Assembly: GCA_036169975.1 (NCBI GenBank)
Contig: JAVHOI010000121.1
Location: 1 to 53,206 of the forward strand
DNA: 53,206 nt
Origin: Ferruginibacter sp.
GTDB lineage: Bacteria > Bacteroidota > Bacteroidia > Chitinophagales > Chitinophagaceae
Reading direction: 5' to 3'
Shown: one piece after another, positions 16,919 to 28,179 of the stretch
Layout: each line of letters opens with the position of its first letter
How positions within the stretch are numbered: the stretch's first letter is position 1
Made by a program: the position numbers and the translations under genes
Notes under the pieces: model-generated
The model's database searches: none
The model's input: only the letters and a program-made list of their open reading frames with translations
What the model was told of the DNA's origin: nothing

Positions 16919-19744
16919 TTAATGCGTTACGGTAAAGATAAAACCGGGATTAACCGTAAATGTAGCGCCGGGATACACTTTGAAACTCCTGCATGAAGAA
17001 TTGGAATTTAATATTACATTTCCAGAGTTAATAACAACATCGGTATTGCCATCCGGTATTATTCCGCAACTCCAGTTACCAGGGTCTTCCCAAAGGTTAC
17101 TGACTGCTCCTGTCCACGAATCAGCCACCTGCAGGTAAAAGGTACTGCTCACTTTTGTATTATCTATTACACAACGATAGCGGTAACCATTAAAGGAAGA
17201 AGGTATATTGGTCAGGTGCAGAGTAGCTGTGGTGGTGCCGCTGTAATTAGCATCATTGCCTATGCTTAAAAAGTTGCTGCCGGTATTTACCTGCCACTGG
17301 TAAGTAGCTCCCGACACATCTGACACAAAGGAATTGCCTGCTGCACTGCACAAAGTAACGGTAGCTATTTTCTGCAAAAAGAAATTGCCCGTGCCGTTGG
17401 CTACCAGATTTACGAGGTAGCCGCCTGCAGGTACTGAATCCCAGGAAACAGGCGTCAGTAATTCTTCGCCGGCTACGGGTGTATAAGTAGCAGGTGCCCC
17501 AGCACCTGTACCGGGTTGTCGTATAACAGTTAAATAACCCGGATCGGCAATGGTATTATCAGCGGCTTTTAATGCGTTGAAATCTTCTTTTGTAAAGTAT
17601 AATTGTAAGCCGATGGCTGCACCTGGTGGAACACTGTCAGTTTTTATAGTAATGTTCCTGTTAAGGTAAGGCCGGCCATTGTACTTACGGATAACACCTG
17701 AATTTTGAAAAACACTTACCTGCACTTTGCCCAGGTAATTGTTATCATAAATATCCAGGGCAGGTGATACACCAGGATCAGTGCCATAAGAATCATATAC
17801 CTCAATATTGCTGAATTTTTTGCTGGTACCATACATCACAGCCGGGTTGCCATAAATAGGTCCATAAGGGTTGGGTAATAACCTAACCCGTTTTGCAGGA
17901 GGTGAATAATTAAATATATCTATCTTATCGAGATGACGCATATAAATATTATCGGATGATGTATTTCCGGGAATATACCTGGCGTCCTTCCAGGCAATGA
18001 GCCCGCTCTTGCCTAAAGAATCGAGTGCTGCGAAAGGTTGTTCCGGAGTATAATAGCTATTATTGAACACACCGCCACCAATGGGTCTGCCCATAGCGCC
18101 CCAGGTCAGGTCTATATCTCCACCTATCGGGCTTACTCTTGCATATTTATAATACTCCCGTATATAAAATAAAGCATTGCCATTTTTGCTAACGGTAATG
18201 AGAGGGAAATCATAAGTAATATCTGAGGCTTCACTGCCAATGGCTACCCCATTTTTTTGGGGTGGGCCGGCAATGCTTGTTTTATATTCTACAGCAAAAG
18301 AGTCCGGAGCTTTCCGGTTAACTGTAAGATGTTGTAAACGTACCTGCCTGTAGCCTGTAATACTCATTAATGACGCTGCAAAAATATTACTGCCGCCTGC
18401 TGCCAAAGAAAAATCGGGATAATAATTGGAAGATGCCAGTATAGTATCCCTGAAAAAATTTAATTTATCTGTCCCGAAAGGCTCCGTGTAATTAACTCCA
18501 ATATCGGGGTCACTGTAAGAAGTGCGTTGATAAGGAATGCTGTCGAATATTTCGGATTTTATTGCATAGCCCTGCACCGTAAAATTTGATAAAATATTAT
18601 TTGTATAAGTTCTTTTTGTATAAGCAACCAGGCTAACATTGATATTGCCTGTTGTAGAAACGGTAACGCCTTTTGGGAAATTATAATCGTAGCCCCCCTG
18701 GTCTATCAACTGGTAGCCATTGCTCCGTAGGCGGTAATTGGTGTAAGCATATACCGGCCCGCTACCACCCCCGCAAGCCACACTTTGATAATCTATGGAA
18801 AGGGTATATAAAAGATACACATCACCTTTTATATAGTTGGATATTCGTGGGCAGGCCGTCCCGGTGGTATTGCGGAAATAGGTCTTTGTTTGTGCATTTT
18901 TCTTTGCCCTGAACAGCCTGTTATAAGCAATCATTTGATATTGCGATCCGGTGTTGCCGTTCATCTTAATTATAACATTGCAGCCAGCCTGTCCATCAGG
19001 CCAGATATTATAATCAAAAACGGTAGTACCGGGATAATACACGTCTGTTTTGGTGCCGCAGGGAGTTATTGAACTTGTTTGTATAGCATTTTCATTTACC
19101 CTGCCGCCACCATAAAATTTCAACGTGCCGCTTTCGTCCCTGTAATCATACACATAGATATAATCGTTGCCACTGCTGTATTTATAAGAAATAAAAAAGC
19201 CCTTGATTCCATCTGCTATTAACTGGGGAGCAAAATTTAAATTGGCTACACCGGAACGGCCTATAATATAACCCGGGCTGGTAAATACCGGGCTGCCGTT
19301 ACTCCGGATGTGTTGTACCATCAGCCTTTCATAAACGTAGTTGGTAACACTGTCGTCTGAATAAGCAATATAAAACCCTCCGGCACTGTCGGTAGCGGCA
19401 TAAGAGCGGTTACGGTAATCCTGGTTGGCTGAAATAGTATAATGCTGCCTGTTAGGTCCATTACTCACCGGCACACCATCTGCAGCCCACAGGCGGTTGC
19501 CGGCGTTATCGTATTTCTGTGCATAGATATCTGTATTGGTACTTGCAATGGTTCTTTCATCTTCCCAGATTACAAAAAAGCCTCCATCGGGATAGCTGGT
19601 AAGAATGATGGGATTTTTTTGAACCTGCAATGCAGAACAGGTAGCCATATGCAGGCTATCTTCAAAATAATTACTGGTATTGCTCCATTGAGCTGAAGCG
19701 CTGAAAAAAGTTACCAGTAAAATAACGGTTAGTATTTTTTTCAT
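16919..19744 (-). CDS. Large secreted protein with W-x-D-x-R...DIY repeats, an Ig-like domain and a WTG...W...NW C-terminal domain
   Basis: Signal peptide MKKILTVILLVTFFSASAQ; WEDER..TDIYAQ and WKDAR..DNIYMR motifs; YQWQ...YRYRC Ig-like domain. Confidence 0.8.
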   Translation of the reverse strand: MKKILTVILLVTFFSASAQWSNTSNYFEDSLHMATCSALQVQKNPIILTSYPDGGFFVIWEDERTIASTNTDIYAQKYDNAGNRLWAADGVPVSNGPNRQHYTISANQDYRNRSYAATDSAGGFYIAYSDDSVTNYVYERLMVQHIRSNGSPVFTSPGYIIGRSGVANLNFAPQLIADGIKGFFISYKYSSGNDYIYVYDYRDESGTLKFYGGGRVNENAIQTSSITPCGTKTDVYYPGTTVFDYNIWPDGQAGCNVIIKMNGNTGSQYQMIAYNRLFRAKKNAQTKTYFRNTTGTACPRISNYIKGDVYLLYTLSIDYQSVACGGGSGPVYAYTNYRLRSNGYQLIDQGGYDYNFPKGVTVSTTGNINVSLVAYTKRTYTNNILSNFTVQGYAIKSEIFDSIPYQRTSYSDPDIGVNYTEPFGTDKLNFFRDTILASSNYYPDFSLAAGGSNIFAASLMSITGYRQVRLQHLTVNRKAPDSFAVEYKTSIAGPPQKNGVAIGSEASDITYDFPLITVSKNGNALFYIREYYKYARVSPIGGDIDLTWGAMGRPIGGGVFNNSYYTPEQPFAALDSLGKSGLIAWKDARYIPGNTSSDNIYMRHLDKIDIFNYSPPAKRVRLLPNPYGPIYGNPAVMYGTSKKFSNIEVYDSYGTDPGVSPALDIYDNNYLGKVQVSVFQNSGVIRKYNGRPYLNRNITIKTDSVPPGAAIGLQLYFTKEDFNALKAADNTIADPGYLTVIRQPGTGAGAPATYTPVAGEELLTPVSWDSVPAGGYLVNLVANGTGNFFLQKIATVTLCSAAGNSFVSDVSGATYQWQVNTGSNFLSIGNDANYSGTTTATLHLTNIPSSFNGYRYRCVIDNTKVSSTFYLQVADSWTGAVSNLWEDPGNWSCGIIPDGNTDVVINSGNVILNSNSSCRSFKVYPGATFTVNPGFIFTVTH

Positions 19745-21294
19745 CTCTTTATTTTAGAAGTAATGAAAAGAGTTCCGTTTATACCTGGTAGTTTCTCAGC
19801 AGACTTATTACCGGTTTGTTCGCCTGAACTACCGGTATATTTTAATCCGTTACTTTTTATATTAAAAGCCTGGGTATCATTATTACTTTTATTCAGCCAT
19901 CCAAAGCATTCTGAGCAGTTGAGGAGGCAGGCATTCTGGTCAATAAAATTCCTGATGGCATTGCCTGGTAATTTACCAAAGCCATTGTAATAATTTGTAT
20001 ACGCTCCACCACCTGCTATAGAACAATAGCTCATGATGGTTCCTCCGTTTGTTGGCCCTGGTCCCTTGGGGCAGCCCCCTTCTGTAGGAGCACAACTGTC
20101 AATTGCGCCATATACATCCGGGTTACTACTGAGTTTCCAACCACACCAATGCGTATGCCTTGATCCAAGTAAATGTCCCATTTCATGCATCACTAATGCA
20201 ACCTGGGTAGTAGTAGTATTTGGCCCTGTGGGGAAACCTCTTGCATCACCACCCTGATTCATATCATTGTAGCAACAGGCAGAAAATGTATTGGACCCAC
20301 CATAGTCGTAAGCCGGACAGGTATTGGTTGATACTGCTTTTACCCGGCCTATATCACCTGCGAGCCCTCCCTTACTGATGGTTTCAAAGTCCAATCCTAC
20401 ACAAATATTTCCCCAAAAATTATCCTTATAATAGCCAGCCAAATCTGCAAGTGAATTATTTTTTGTATCCCGTCTGATCGGAGTTGTAGTTGTCCATACA
20501 TTAACGGTAGTTATTTGTATATTGACGGAATCCTGAAAATATCCGGTAGCAACCGAATTGAATAGTTCATACACATAATTGATGGTTTTCTGTGTGTTGC
20601 TGCTTTGATTGATGAACATACTGTCAAAACAATCTACAAACACATTTATACATTTATCCTGCACGGCCAGTGGGCTGGCTTTGATACCGTTTAACAGAAT
20701 GCCGTTGTTGTCTGATTGCAGAGCTGGTTTTTCTTTTGTTCCGCACTCAAGTGGCACTACAGGAAATTGAACTTTTCTGCTGTTGTAAAGCCTGTAGGTT
20801 AACTTATCTTTTTCGTCCGCTTTTGTAACCTGGATGGCCTTGTCACTTAAAGTAGCTATTAGCGACAGGTAATCTTCATTAACCGTAAGCATTACATTAT
20901 TTTTATTTTGCTCACCAGATACAATTCCCCTATAGGTTACAGGTATTTTTACATTTTGAATTACCTCATTATTATTTTGAGTAAACTTTATATTGCCTAA
21001 ATCAAATCTTACCAATTCGCAATTAATGGTTTCGGTACTGCTTAAAGGAATGGAAATTTGTATAGCTTCTGGTTTTTGGTTAACCAATTGCTGAATGAAA
21101 GTAGCATTTATACCAAGCTCCTGGTAAGTTCCCTTTTGAAGCAATTGTTTATTTCCAATCAAAATAAAAGCAGGCACTTTTTCGAAAACTACTTGTTTGT
21201 TTTTTTTATCTGCTACCATTTTATTAACAGGCCAGTCCTGCGAAAAGGCATTTGAAGCGGTAGCTAATAAAATTAATGTAATCAGTTTTTTCAT
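19741..21294 (-). CDS. Secreted M12/reprolysin-like zinc metalloprotease (metzincin)
   Basis: Start at MKKLITLILL signal peptide (21294); prodomain with ECGT cysteine-switch-like motif; HEMGHLLGSRH zinc motif; TIMSY Met-turn. Confidence 0.85.
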   Translation of the reverse strand: MKKLITLILLATASNAFSQDWPVNKMVADKKNKQVVFEKVPAFILIGNKQLLQKGTYQELGINATFIQQLVNQKPEAIQISIPLSSTETINCELVRFDLGNIKFTQNNNEVIQNVKIPVTYRGIVSGEQNKNNVMLTVNEDYLSLIATLSDKAIQVTKADEKDKLTYRLYNSRKVQFPVVPLECGTKEKPALQSDNNGILLNGIKASPLAVQDKCINVFVDCFDSMFINQSSNTQKTINYVYELFNSVATGYFQDSVNIQITTVNVWTTTTPIRRDTKNNSLADLAGYYKDNFWGNICVGLDFETISKGGLAGDIGRVKAVSTNTCPAYDYGGSNTFSACCYNDMNQGGDARGFPTGPNTTTTQVALVMHEMGHLLGSRHTHWCGWKLSSNPDVYGAIDSCAPTEGGCPKGPGPTNGGTIMSYCSIAGGGAYTNYYNGFGKLPGNAIRNFIDQNACLLNCSECFGWLNKSNNDTQAFNIKSNGLKYTGSSGEQTGNKSAEKLPGINGTLFITSKIKR

Positions 21295-21890
21295 TTCATA
21301 TTTTATTGTTTTGTAGAAGTACAAATTATTAATTTAAATTTTTAATTTAAACCTCTTTTTTTCCCTTCTATTGAGTAACTGGTTGAATGATTCCTAATAA
21401 TGGCAAAAAGGCAGCTCAAAAACTAAAGGCTTGCAACCCCACTGACTATTTTAATCAGAAGTAATGATGCGGTATTTTTACCGGACTTTTTAAAAAGTAT
21501 GTAGTAACTTTTATTAAAGGAAACTATTTGGAAGCGCATCTCATTTGTAGCTAACTGGAAGGAATACCAAAGGCAAACAGCCGTGCCGTTCCGGTCAAAA
21601 TTGGGATTAACTGTTATGGTTTAAAAAAAGGAGTTAAGACAAATTTGGATTTGGAAATAGTATAAGATTAGCGGCGCTTTTGTTTATTTTTTATGGCGAT
21701 TTGAAACATTATTAATTTCAATAAAAAAGTATATTTTCTGGTTGATACACATCCTGAAATAAATCACCAACCAGCATACCCGGTACTATATCGTGTATTA
21801 AGGATATAGATATACTCAGATTAGCCGAAACGAAAGTATGGGGATTTTTAAATGATAGCTTTCCTGCTACATTGAAGTCTGCCAATTTTT

Positions 21891-22709
21891 TTAATAGGAT
21901 TCCTGTTCATTCGGAAAGTCTTTACTTTTTACATCGGTAATGTATTGTTTTATCGCAGCGGTAATCTGTTCATCAAGGTTTAAATATCTTCTTAAAAAAC
22001 GTGGTTTGAAATCCGTATTGATGCCGAGCATATCATGCATTACCAATACCTGCCCGTCGCAATCACCGCCGGCGCCAATGCCAATGGTAGGTATGGTAAG
22101 GCTTTCCGAAACTTCCTTGGCAAGCGCCGCCGGGATTTTTTCCAATACAATGGCGAAGCAGCCAGCATCCTGCAATAACAAGGCATCTTTCCTTAGTTTA
22201 TCCGCCTCCGCTTCTTCAGTTGCCCTTACCACATAAGTGCCAAATTTATTGATGGATTGCGGCGTCAGGCCAAGGTGCCCCATAACGGGAATGCCCGCAC
22301 TCACAATTCTTTTTACCGAATCAATCACTTCTTCCCCACCTTCGAGCTTTACGGTATGGCCACCGCTTTCTTTCATTATTTTAATGGCAGAGGCCAATGC
22401 GATTTCAGAATTGGATTGATAATAACCGAAGGGGATATCTACTACAATCAGGCTCCTTTCCCTTGCCCGTACCACGCTTTGCGCATGATAGATCATCTGA
22501 TCCAGGGTAATGGGCAGGGTTGTGGCATGGCCGGCCATTACATTGCTGGCGCTATCACCAACCAAAATAATGTCAATACCCGCCGCATCAAATAATTTGG
22601 CAAAGGAAAAATCGTAGGCTGTTATCATGGAGATTTTTTCCCCGGCAGCTTTCATTTTTTGTATGGTATTGGTGGTTACTTTTTTGTATTCTGTTTCTGT
22701 TGGTGGCAT
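21891..22709 (-). CDS. panB: 3-methyl-2-oxobutanoate hydroxymethyltransferase
   Basis: [40 protein letters not shown]. Confidence 0.97.
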   Translation of the reverse strand: MPPTETEYKKVTTNTIQKMKAAGEKISMITAYDFSFAKLFDAAGIDIILVGDSASNVMAGHATTLPITLDQMIYHAQSVVRARERSLIVVDIPFGYYQSNSEIALASAIKIMKESGGHTVKLEGGEEVIDSVKRIVSAGIPVMGHLGLTPQSINKFGTYVVRATEEAEADKLRKDALLLQDAGCFAIVLEKIPAALAKEVSESLTIPTIGIGAGGDCDGQVLVMHDMLGINTDFKPRFLRRYLNLDEQITAAIKQYITDVKSKDFPNEQESY

Positions 22710-23002
22710 TCAATTTGGTTTGAAAATTGGTTACTTAAAATTGATTTTTATTTCCTTAAATAGTACGACAAATATATCCCTCTTCTCCCTAAATTAAAAC
22801 CTTTCTTCTTTCTTTAATAAATCTTGCCGGATTATTGTCAAGAGGCCGGAATAGGTAGTGCTGTGCTTTATTCTTTTATTTTTTGCCGGGCATATTTATT
22901 TTATATTGAATTTTAAAGAATGGATATAAATATGACAATTCCGAACTTTCCAAATTTTTCCGAAGTTTATCCCTGTATTTTCGGGAGTGCATCCGGATTT
23001 TT

Positions 23003-23881
23003 TCATTTCACCTGTTCCCATAAATGTTTTATCAGGCCATCCGCCAATCCAATTTTTGGTACAAATATTTGTTCTGCCCCGGCCCAACGCATCACGTTGA
23101 TGTATATTTGTAAGGCGGGTACTATAACATCGGCCCTGTCTGCCCTTAAATTGTATTTTGAAATTCTTTCGGATAAAATAACACTGCTCAGTTCTTTATA
23201 ATAATCCCTTAATAGTTCTAATGAAAGCGGTTTCCCATCTTTGCGTTTGCTCATCGAAAAAACCTTGTTGATATTGCCCCCGCTTCCAATGGCCACTACT
23301 TCTTTCTGTCCTTTAATTACATTTCGTAAAATGTCTTTCATGTCTTCCCAATCCTTATCGGTTACCATATTTTTAAGTAACCTGATCGTTCCGATGTTGA
23401 AGGATTTTTTATAAATGAGAATGCCGTTTGTAAAAAATGAAAGTTCGGTGCTGCCACCACCTACATCAATATATAAATAACTGTGGTCCTTATCCATATT
23501 TTCGGCCACATGGTTTTCATATACCAGCCCGGCTTCAAAGTCGCCATTAATTACTTCTATTTCAATTTCAGTTTCCAGTTTTACTTTCCGTATGATATCC
23601 ACCGCGTTTTTGGCATCTCTCATCGCACTGGTGGCGCAGGCTTTAATATGCGAAACATCATAGGCATTGCATAAATGTTTGTAGGCCTTCATGGATTGCA
23701 ATATCATGCCAATTTTTGGCTTTGAAATTATACCTGATTCAAACACATCAAAACCAAGCCTCAATGGCACACGCACAAGATTCAATTTATTAAAGGAAGT
23801 GGCGCCTTTTTGATCCGTTGATACTTCGGTGATTAAAAGCCTTGCCGCGTTACTGCCGATATCAATTGCTGCTAATCTCAT
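23003..23881 (-). CDS. ppx: Exopolyphosphatase (Ppx/GppA family)
   Basis: AAIDIGSNA, ATSAMRDA, IDVGGGSTE, RADVI; adjacent to ppk1. Confidence 0.9.
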   Translation of the reverse strand: MRLAAIDIGSNAARLLITEVSTDQKGATSFNKLNLVRVPLRLGFDVFESGIISKPKIGMILQSMKAYKHLCNAYDVSHIKACATSAMRDAKNAVDIIRKVKLETEIEIEVINGDFEAGLVYENHVAENMDKDHSYLYIDVGGGSTELSFFTNGILIYKKSFNIGTIRLLKNMVTDKDWEDMKDILRNVIKGQKEVVAIGSGGNINKVFSMSKRKDGKPLSLELLRDYYKELSSVILSERISKYNLRADRADVIVPALQIYINVMRWAGAEQIFVPKIGLADGLIKHLWEQVK

Positions 23882-24033
23882 GTTTTTGATGCGTTAATGG
23901 GTGATCAGTAAATCCGTTTATCATGAAATCCATTTTTATAAATAATAGATTTGACTATTGAAGGATACCCTGCAAAGATATGCAGGAAGAACGCTATTGA
24001 ACTTTCTCAATTATTACATTTTCAATTAGCTTT

Positions 24034-26100
24034 CTATATACTTTGCTTCCGAAAAAGGTAATTATAGGTTTCCACCTGCGAGCGTATTTTTTTTGTATTG
24101 CGTGGATTGATGTATTGGTTATCCAGGTTATTGTTTAATCTCCTTGCCTTGATATTGTCCGACAACTGGATATGCATAATATCCTTTAATTCCTGTTGTA
24201 TATCCTTATTAAAAACCGGGCAGGCGGCTTCAATACGGTGATCAATATTCCTAACCATCCAATCGGCGGAAGAAATGTACACCTTTTCATTGCCGTCATT
24301 ATGAAATATCATCACCCTGGCATGTTCAAGGTATTCATCAACGATACTGATTGCCTGCACAGGATGCTTGATTTTTTTATTTTCGGTGAGCATACAAAAT
24401 ATACCCCTTACCACCATTTTTATTTCTACTCCCGCTTTTGCCGCTTCATACAATTTTTCAATCAATACCTCATCACTTAATGAATTTACTTTAAGCATGA
24501 TGGCGGCATGTTTCCCCGCTTTCGCCGATCTGATTTCTTTGGTGATGAATTGTATCAGTTGTTTCCTCATATTGGCAGGGCTTACCAATAAAGTTTTGCA
24601 GGCCCTTAAAAAACGGATCCTGGTTTTTGGTTGTTCCAGGTAATTAAAAATCCTGTTTATATCGGCCATGATATTTTTGTTGGAGGTAAGCAGGCAATGA
24701 TCCCCGTATATCTTTGCGGTGTGTTCATTCAAATTACCGGTACTTACAAATCCATAATGAATGGTGCGGTTATCCACTATTTTTTTTATGAGGCAAAGTT
24801 TACCATGTACTTTCATGTTGGGAACGCCAATCAGTACTTTCACGCCCGCTTCTTCCAGTTCTTCTTTCCATTCCAGGTTAGCCTCTTCATCAAACCGGGC
24901 ATTCAATTCTATTACCGCGGTCACCTGTTTTCCATTGCGAACCGCATTGGTGATCGCATTAACAATTTTGGAACGGGGAGCCAGCCGGTAGCAGGTAATT
25001 TTGATACCCGTAACTTCAGGATCAATCGCCGCTTCCCGTAAAAGGTCGGTTACACTATCGAATGAATGATAGGGAAAATTAAGCAGCACATCTTTTTTTA
25101 AAACAATGTCCGAAATCCTGTTTATATTCCTTAATTCAGGATGTACGAATGGTTTTTTACGGGTATTTTTTTGTACAAATACAGATTCGGGAAAATCAAT
25201 AAAATCTTTAAAATTATGGATGCGCCCACCCGGTATCAGGTTGTCTTTTTCCGTTAATCCTAATCTCTTTACAAGGTAAGTGAGCAATGAAGCGTCAATT
25301 TCTTTATCAAAGACAAACCGCACGGGCTTACCTTTTTTCCTGTTTTTTATTCCCTTCTCAATTTTCTCCATTAAGGAAGTGGCTATGTCATTATCAATAT
25401 CAATCTCCGCATCACGAGTTACTTTTATAATATGGGCTGAAAATACATCATAGCCAAAAAAAGAAAAAATAAAAGGCAGGCAAAAACGAATGACATCTTC
25501 CAATAAAATAATGTGTTTTTCATTTTGCCGGGATGGTAAAATAATAAATCTCGGTAACCGCCGGGCTGGCACCGATACCAAAGCAAACCGCTGGGGGATG
25601 CTCTCGTCTTCTTTTGATAATTTGCAGGCAAGGTAGATGGATTTATCACTAAGGGTAGGAAAAGCCTGGATGCTTTCTATCATCAGCGGAACAATATTGC
25701 TCCTGATTTCGTCATTAAAATAAGTGGTAATAAATTTCTTTTGTACCCGGTTGAGCTGGCGGTCGTTGATCAAAAAAATCTTTTGCTTTTTTAGGGCTCT
25801 CAATATTTCATTCCAGATACGGTCAAATTCCTTTTGTTGTTCCAATACCCTTTTCTGGATATCCTCCAATATCATACCAGGCGAAACTTCCAGGTGCATG
25901 TTGCCCCTATCGCCCACTTCTATCATGCGTTTGAGTGTGGCCACCCGTACCCGAAAAAACTCATCAAGGTTATTGGAAAAAATACCCAGGAAACGGATCC
26001 TTTCCCTTAATGGAACAGTTTCATCGGCAGCCTCCTGCAGTACCCTGCTATTAAATGATAACCAGCTAATATCCCGTACAATTACTTTTTGTTTTACCAA
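24034..26100 (-). CDS. ppk1: Polyphosphate kinase 1
   Basis: RDISWLSFNSRVLQEA, NLDEFFRVRVA, ARFDEEAN, KVHGK, STGNLNE, SSADWM; TTG start. Confidence 0.96.
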   Translation of the reverse strand: MVKQKVIVRDISWLSFNSRVLQEAADETVPLRERIRFLGIFSNNLDEFFRVRVATLKRMIEVGDRGNMHLEVSPGMILEDIQKRVLEQQKEFDRIWNEILRALKKQKIFLINDRQLNRVQKKFITTYFNDEIRSNIVPLMIESIQAFPTLSDKSIYLACKLSKEDESIPQRFALVSVPARRLPRFIILPSRQNEKHIILLEDVIRFCLPFIFSFFGYDVFSAHIIKVTRDAEIDIDNDIATSLMEKIEKGIKNRKKGKPVRFVFDKEIDASLLTYLVKRLGLTEKDNLIPGGRIHNFKDFIDFPESVFVQKNTRKKPFVHPELRNINRISDIVLKKDVLLNFPYHSFDSVTDLLREAAIDPEVTGIKITCYRLAPRSKIVNAITNAVRNGKQVTAVIELNARFDEEANLEWKEELEEAGVKVLIGVPNMKVHGKLCLIKKIVDNRTIHYGFVSTGNLNEHTAKIYGDHCLLTSNKNIMADINRIFNYLEQPKTRIRFLRACKTLLVSPANMRKQLIQFITKEIRSAKAGKHAAIMLKVNSLSDEVLIEKLYEAAKAGVEIKMVVRGIFCMLTENKKIKHPVQAISIVDEYLEHARVMIFHNDGNEKVYISSADWMVRNIDHRIEAACPVFNKDIQQELKDIMHIQLSDNIKARRLNNNLDNQYINPRNTKKIRSQVETYNYLFRKQSI

Positions 26101-26184
26101 GAATAAAATTTTTTAAAAATGATCCGGCGAAATTAAAGGGTTGCGCCTAAATAAAAATGAACGCAAAGTTAAGTTTTGATATTT

Positions 26185-27207
26185 TTAAATTTCAGGTGTG
26201 GTTATTTTAGCAGCCTGCCTGTTATAATAGGGCAAGGCTATCAACGAAATAAAACCTACCATTAGTATGATAAAAAACTGGCCGATCCATTGCAGCAGGC
26301 CGTTTGCATATCCATGGCCTTTATCTATGCCATACAATACCATTACTTCCATTATAAACCATGGGTAGGTACCAATTCCGCCCGGTGTAATGATCATGCC
26401 AATACTGGCAAAAGCCAACACGGGGAATGCTGCGGCAATGGGAAGCCCGGATGTTTCGGGTATTACAAAAAAACCTATGTAGGTTCCACCTGCATAACAG
26501 CACCAGATAAAAATACTGTGCAAAATAAATGCTGATTTATTTTGTAGATTTTTTATGCTGCTCAACCCGGCAACTACTCCGTTAAAAAGTATGTTTATTT
26601 TTTTTACAAAACCAATGCCGCTGTATTTTTTAAAAATAAATTTTAATAGAAAGTAGGCGGTAATAGCCATAATAACCAGTACAACCAATTTTATAATCAT
26701 TCCTTCTTTATTACCAATTAAAAAATTGGCACGGATAGTAGTCTTCGCATATTCACCAATAATATTCACCTGTGTAGCAATGGCAATGATAAATACGATA
26801 AACAGTGAAACCACATCTACGGCCCTTTCCACTAAAATAGTACCCACCAATTTATCCGCGGGTACTTTTTCATACTTTCCTAAAATAGTGCATTTTAAAA
26901 CTTCGCCCAGGCGGGGCACGGCAAGGTTAGCAAGGTAACCTACCATTACGGCGAAAAAAGTATTAACCAGGCCTGGATTATAACCCATTGGCTTCATCAG
27001 TATCTTCCATCGGATTGCCCTGCTGATATGACTTGCCACAAGAATAAAAAAAACGGGTATGAAAAGAATATACCTTGCCGACTGGAGTGCGGTTTTACAT
27101 TCCTCCCAGTTTTTGTCCCCCATTTTATGAATACTCCACCAAACCAGGAAGATGCCTAATCCTAAAAAAAATAAATATTTTAAAAAGGTAAGAACCGCTT
27201 TTTTCAT
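26185..27207 (-). CDS. Lysylphosphatidylglycerol synthase TM-domain (flippase-like) membrane protein
   Basis: RAIRWKIL, NLAVPRLGE, GTILVER.VD and TPGGIG motifs; many TM helices. Confidence 0.82.
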   Translation of the reverse strand: MKKAVLTFLKYLFFLGLGIFLVWWSIHKMGDKNWEECKTALQSARYILFIPVFFILVASHISRAIRWKILMKPMGYNPGLVNTFFAVMVGYLANLAVPRLGEVLKCTILGKYEKVPADKLVGTILVERAVDVVSLFIVFIIAIATQVNIIGEYAKTTIRANFLIGNKEGMIIKLVVLVIMAITAYFLLKFIFKKYSGIGFVKKINILFNGVVAGLSSIKNLQNKSAFILHSIFIWCCYAGGTYIGFFVIPETSGLPIAAAFPVLAFASIGMIITPGGIGTYPWFIMEVMVLYGIDKGHGYANGLLQWIGQFFIILMVGFISLIALPYYNRQAAKITTPEI

Positions 27208-27298
27208 AATGGGCTACAAATTACGAAGTTATGTTGAGAAAAGAATCTTAACCCTTTTAAGGAGTGACCCAGGGTTGATAATATTTTCTTTTCCCCAT

Positions 27299-28159
27299 TT
27301 AGGGGTTGGCTGTTTCATTTAAAATGATATTGTCAATTAACCTTACCTCATTCAGGTATGCGGCTGCTAAAGTTACCAGGGGAGTTTTACCATCCCATTT
27401 CTGTATAATTTCAAGTGTACCTGCAATAGCTATCTCAACATAATCAACTTTAAACCCATCTGCAATCAGTAACTGTTTTGCTTTTTCCTTTAACAGATTA
27501 ATATTACCTGGTTTAATATTTTTTTTTATTGAACTCAATACATCATATATAACAGGCGCTTTGTTCCTTTCGGTTTCGGTTAATCTAAGGTTACGGCTGC
27601 TCATTGCCAGTCCATCCGGTTCCCGTTTTGTAGGACAAATAATTATTTCCGTTTTAATTTCCAACAGCTCCACTAATTTTTTTATTACCATGCATTGCTG
27701 AAAATCTTTTTGTCCCAGGTATAATTTGTCAGGATTTACAATACCTAATATACGGTGCATTACCTGGCACACCCCCTGAAAATGCCCGGGACGATATTCG
27801 CCTTCGAGGATAGTTTCCAAAATTCCTAAATCATAATTAAGTGTGGATTTAAAACCATCGGGATAAATATCAGGTACAGTTGGTAAGAACAACACATCAC
27901 ATCCCGCCTTTTCCAATGCGAAAACATCCTTTTCAATTGTAGCAGGATATTTATCAAAATCTTTGGGATCATTAAACTGTGTTGGATTTACAAAAATGCT
28001 GCAAATAACAAATTGGGTATCATTACGGGCTTTTGTTACCAGGCTGATATGGCCACTGTGCAATGCACCCATCGTAGGCGCAAAACCTATGGTAATGCCA
28101 GATTTTTTTTTTGATAAAAGAAAAGAACAAATTTTTTCGGGTTGTTTAAATATGATCAT
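27299..28159 (-). CDS. panC: Pantoate-beta-alanine ligase
   Basis: PTMGALHSGH, SIFVNPTQF, RPGHFQGV, GQKDFQQ, GLAMSSRN, RLIDN. Confidence 0.97.
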   Translation of the reverse strand: MIIFKQPEKICSFLLSKKKSGITIGFAPTMGALHSGHISLVTKARNDTQFVICSIFVNPTQFNDPKDFDKYPATIEKDVFALEKAGCDVLFLPTVPDIYPDGFKSTLNYDLGILETILEGEYRPGHFQGVCQVMHRILGIVNPDKLYLGQKDFQQCMVIKKLVELLEIKTEIIICPTKREPDGLAMSSRNLRLTETERNKAPVIYDVLSSIKKNIKPGNINLLKEKAKQLLIADGFKVDYVEIAIAGTLEIIQKWDGKTPLVTLAAAYLNEVRLIDNIILNETANP

Positions 28160-28179
28160 TCGATGTAGGTATTATGCTT

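Noticed and set aside
16215-21890. Possible island integrated at tRNA-Cys
   Set aside because: No integrase, and no duplicated tRNA 3' end found by eye
21325-21890. 565-bp gap between the protease gene and panB
   Set aside because: No convincing ORF remnant, repeat or RNA structure found by eye
21891-28159. Functional link between pan genes and the interleaved ppx, ppk1 and flippase-like genes
   Set aside because: Separate intergenic gaps and ordinary housekeeping genes; nothing supports a link beyond adjacency
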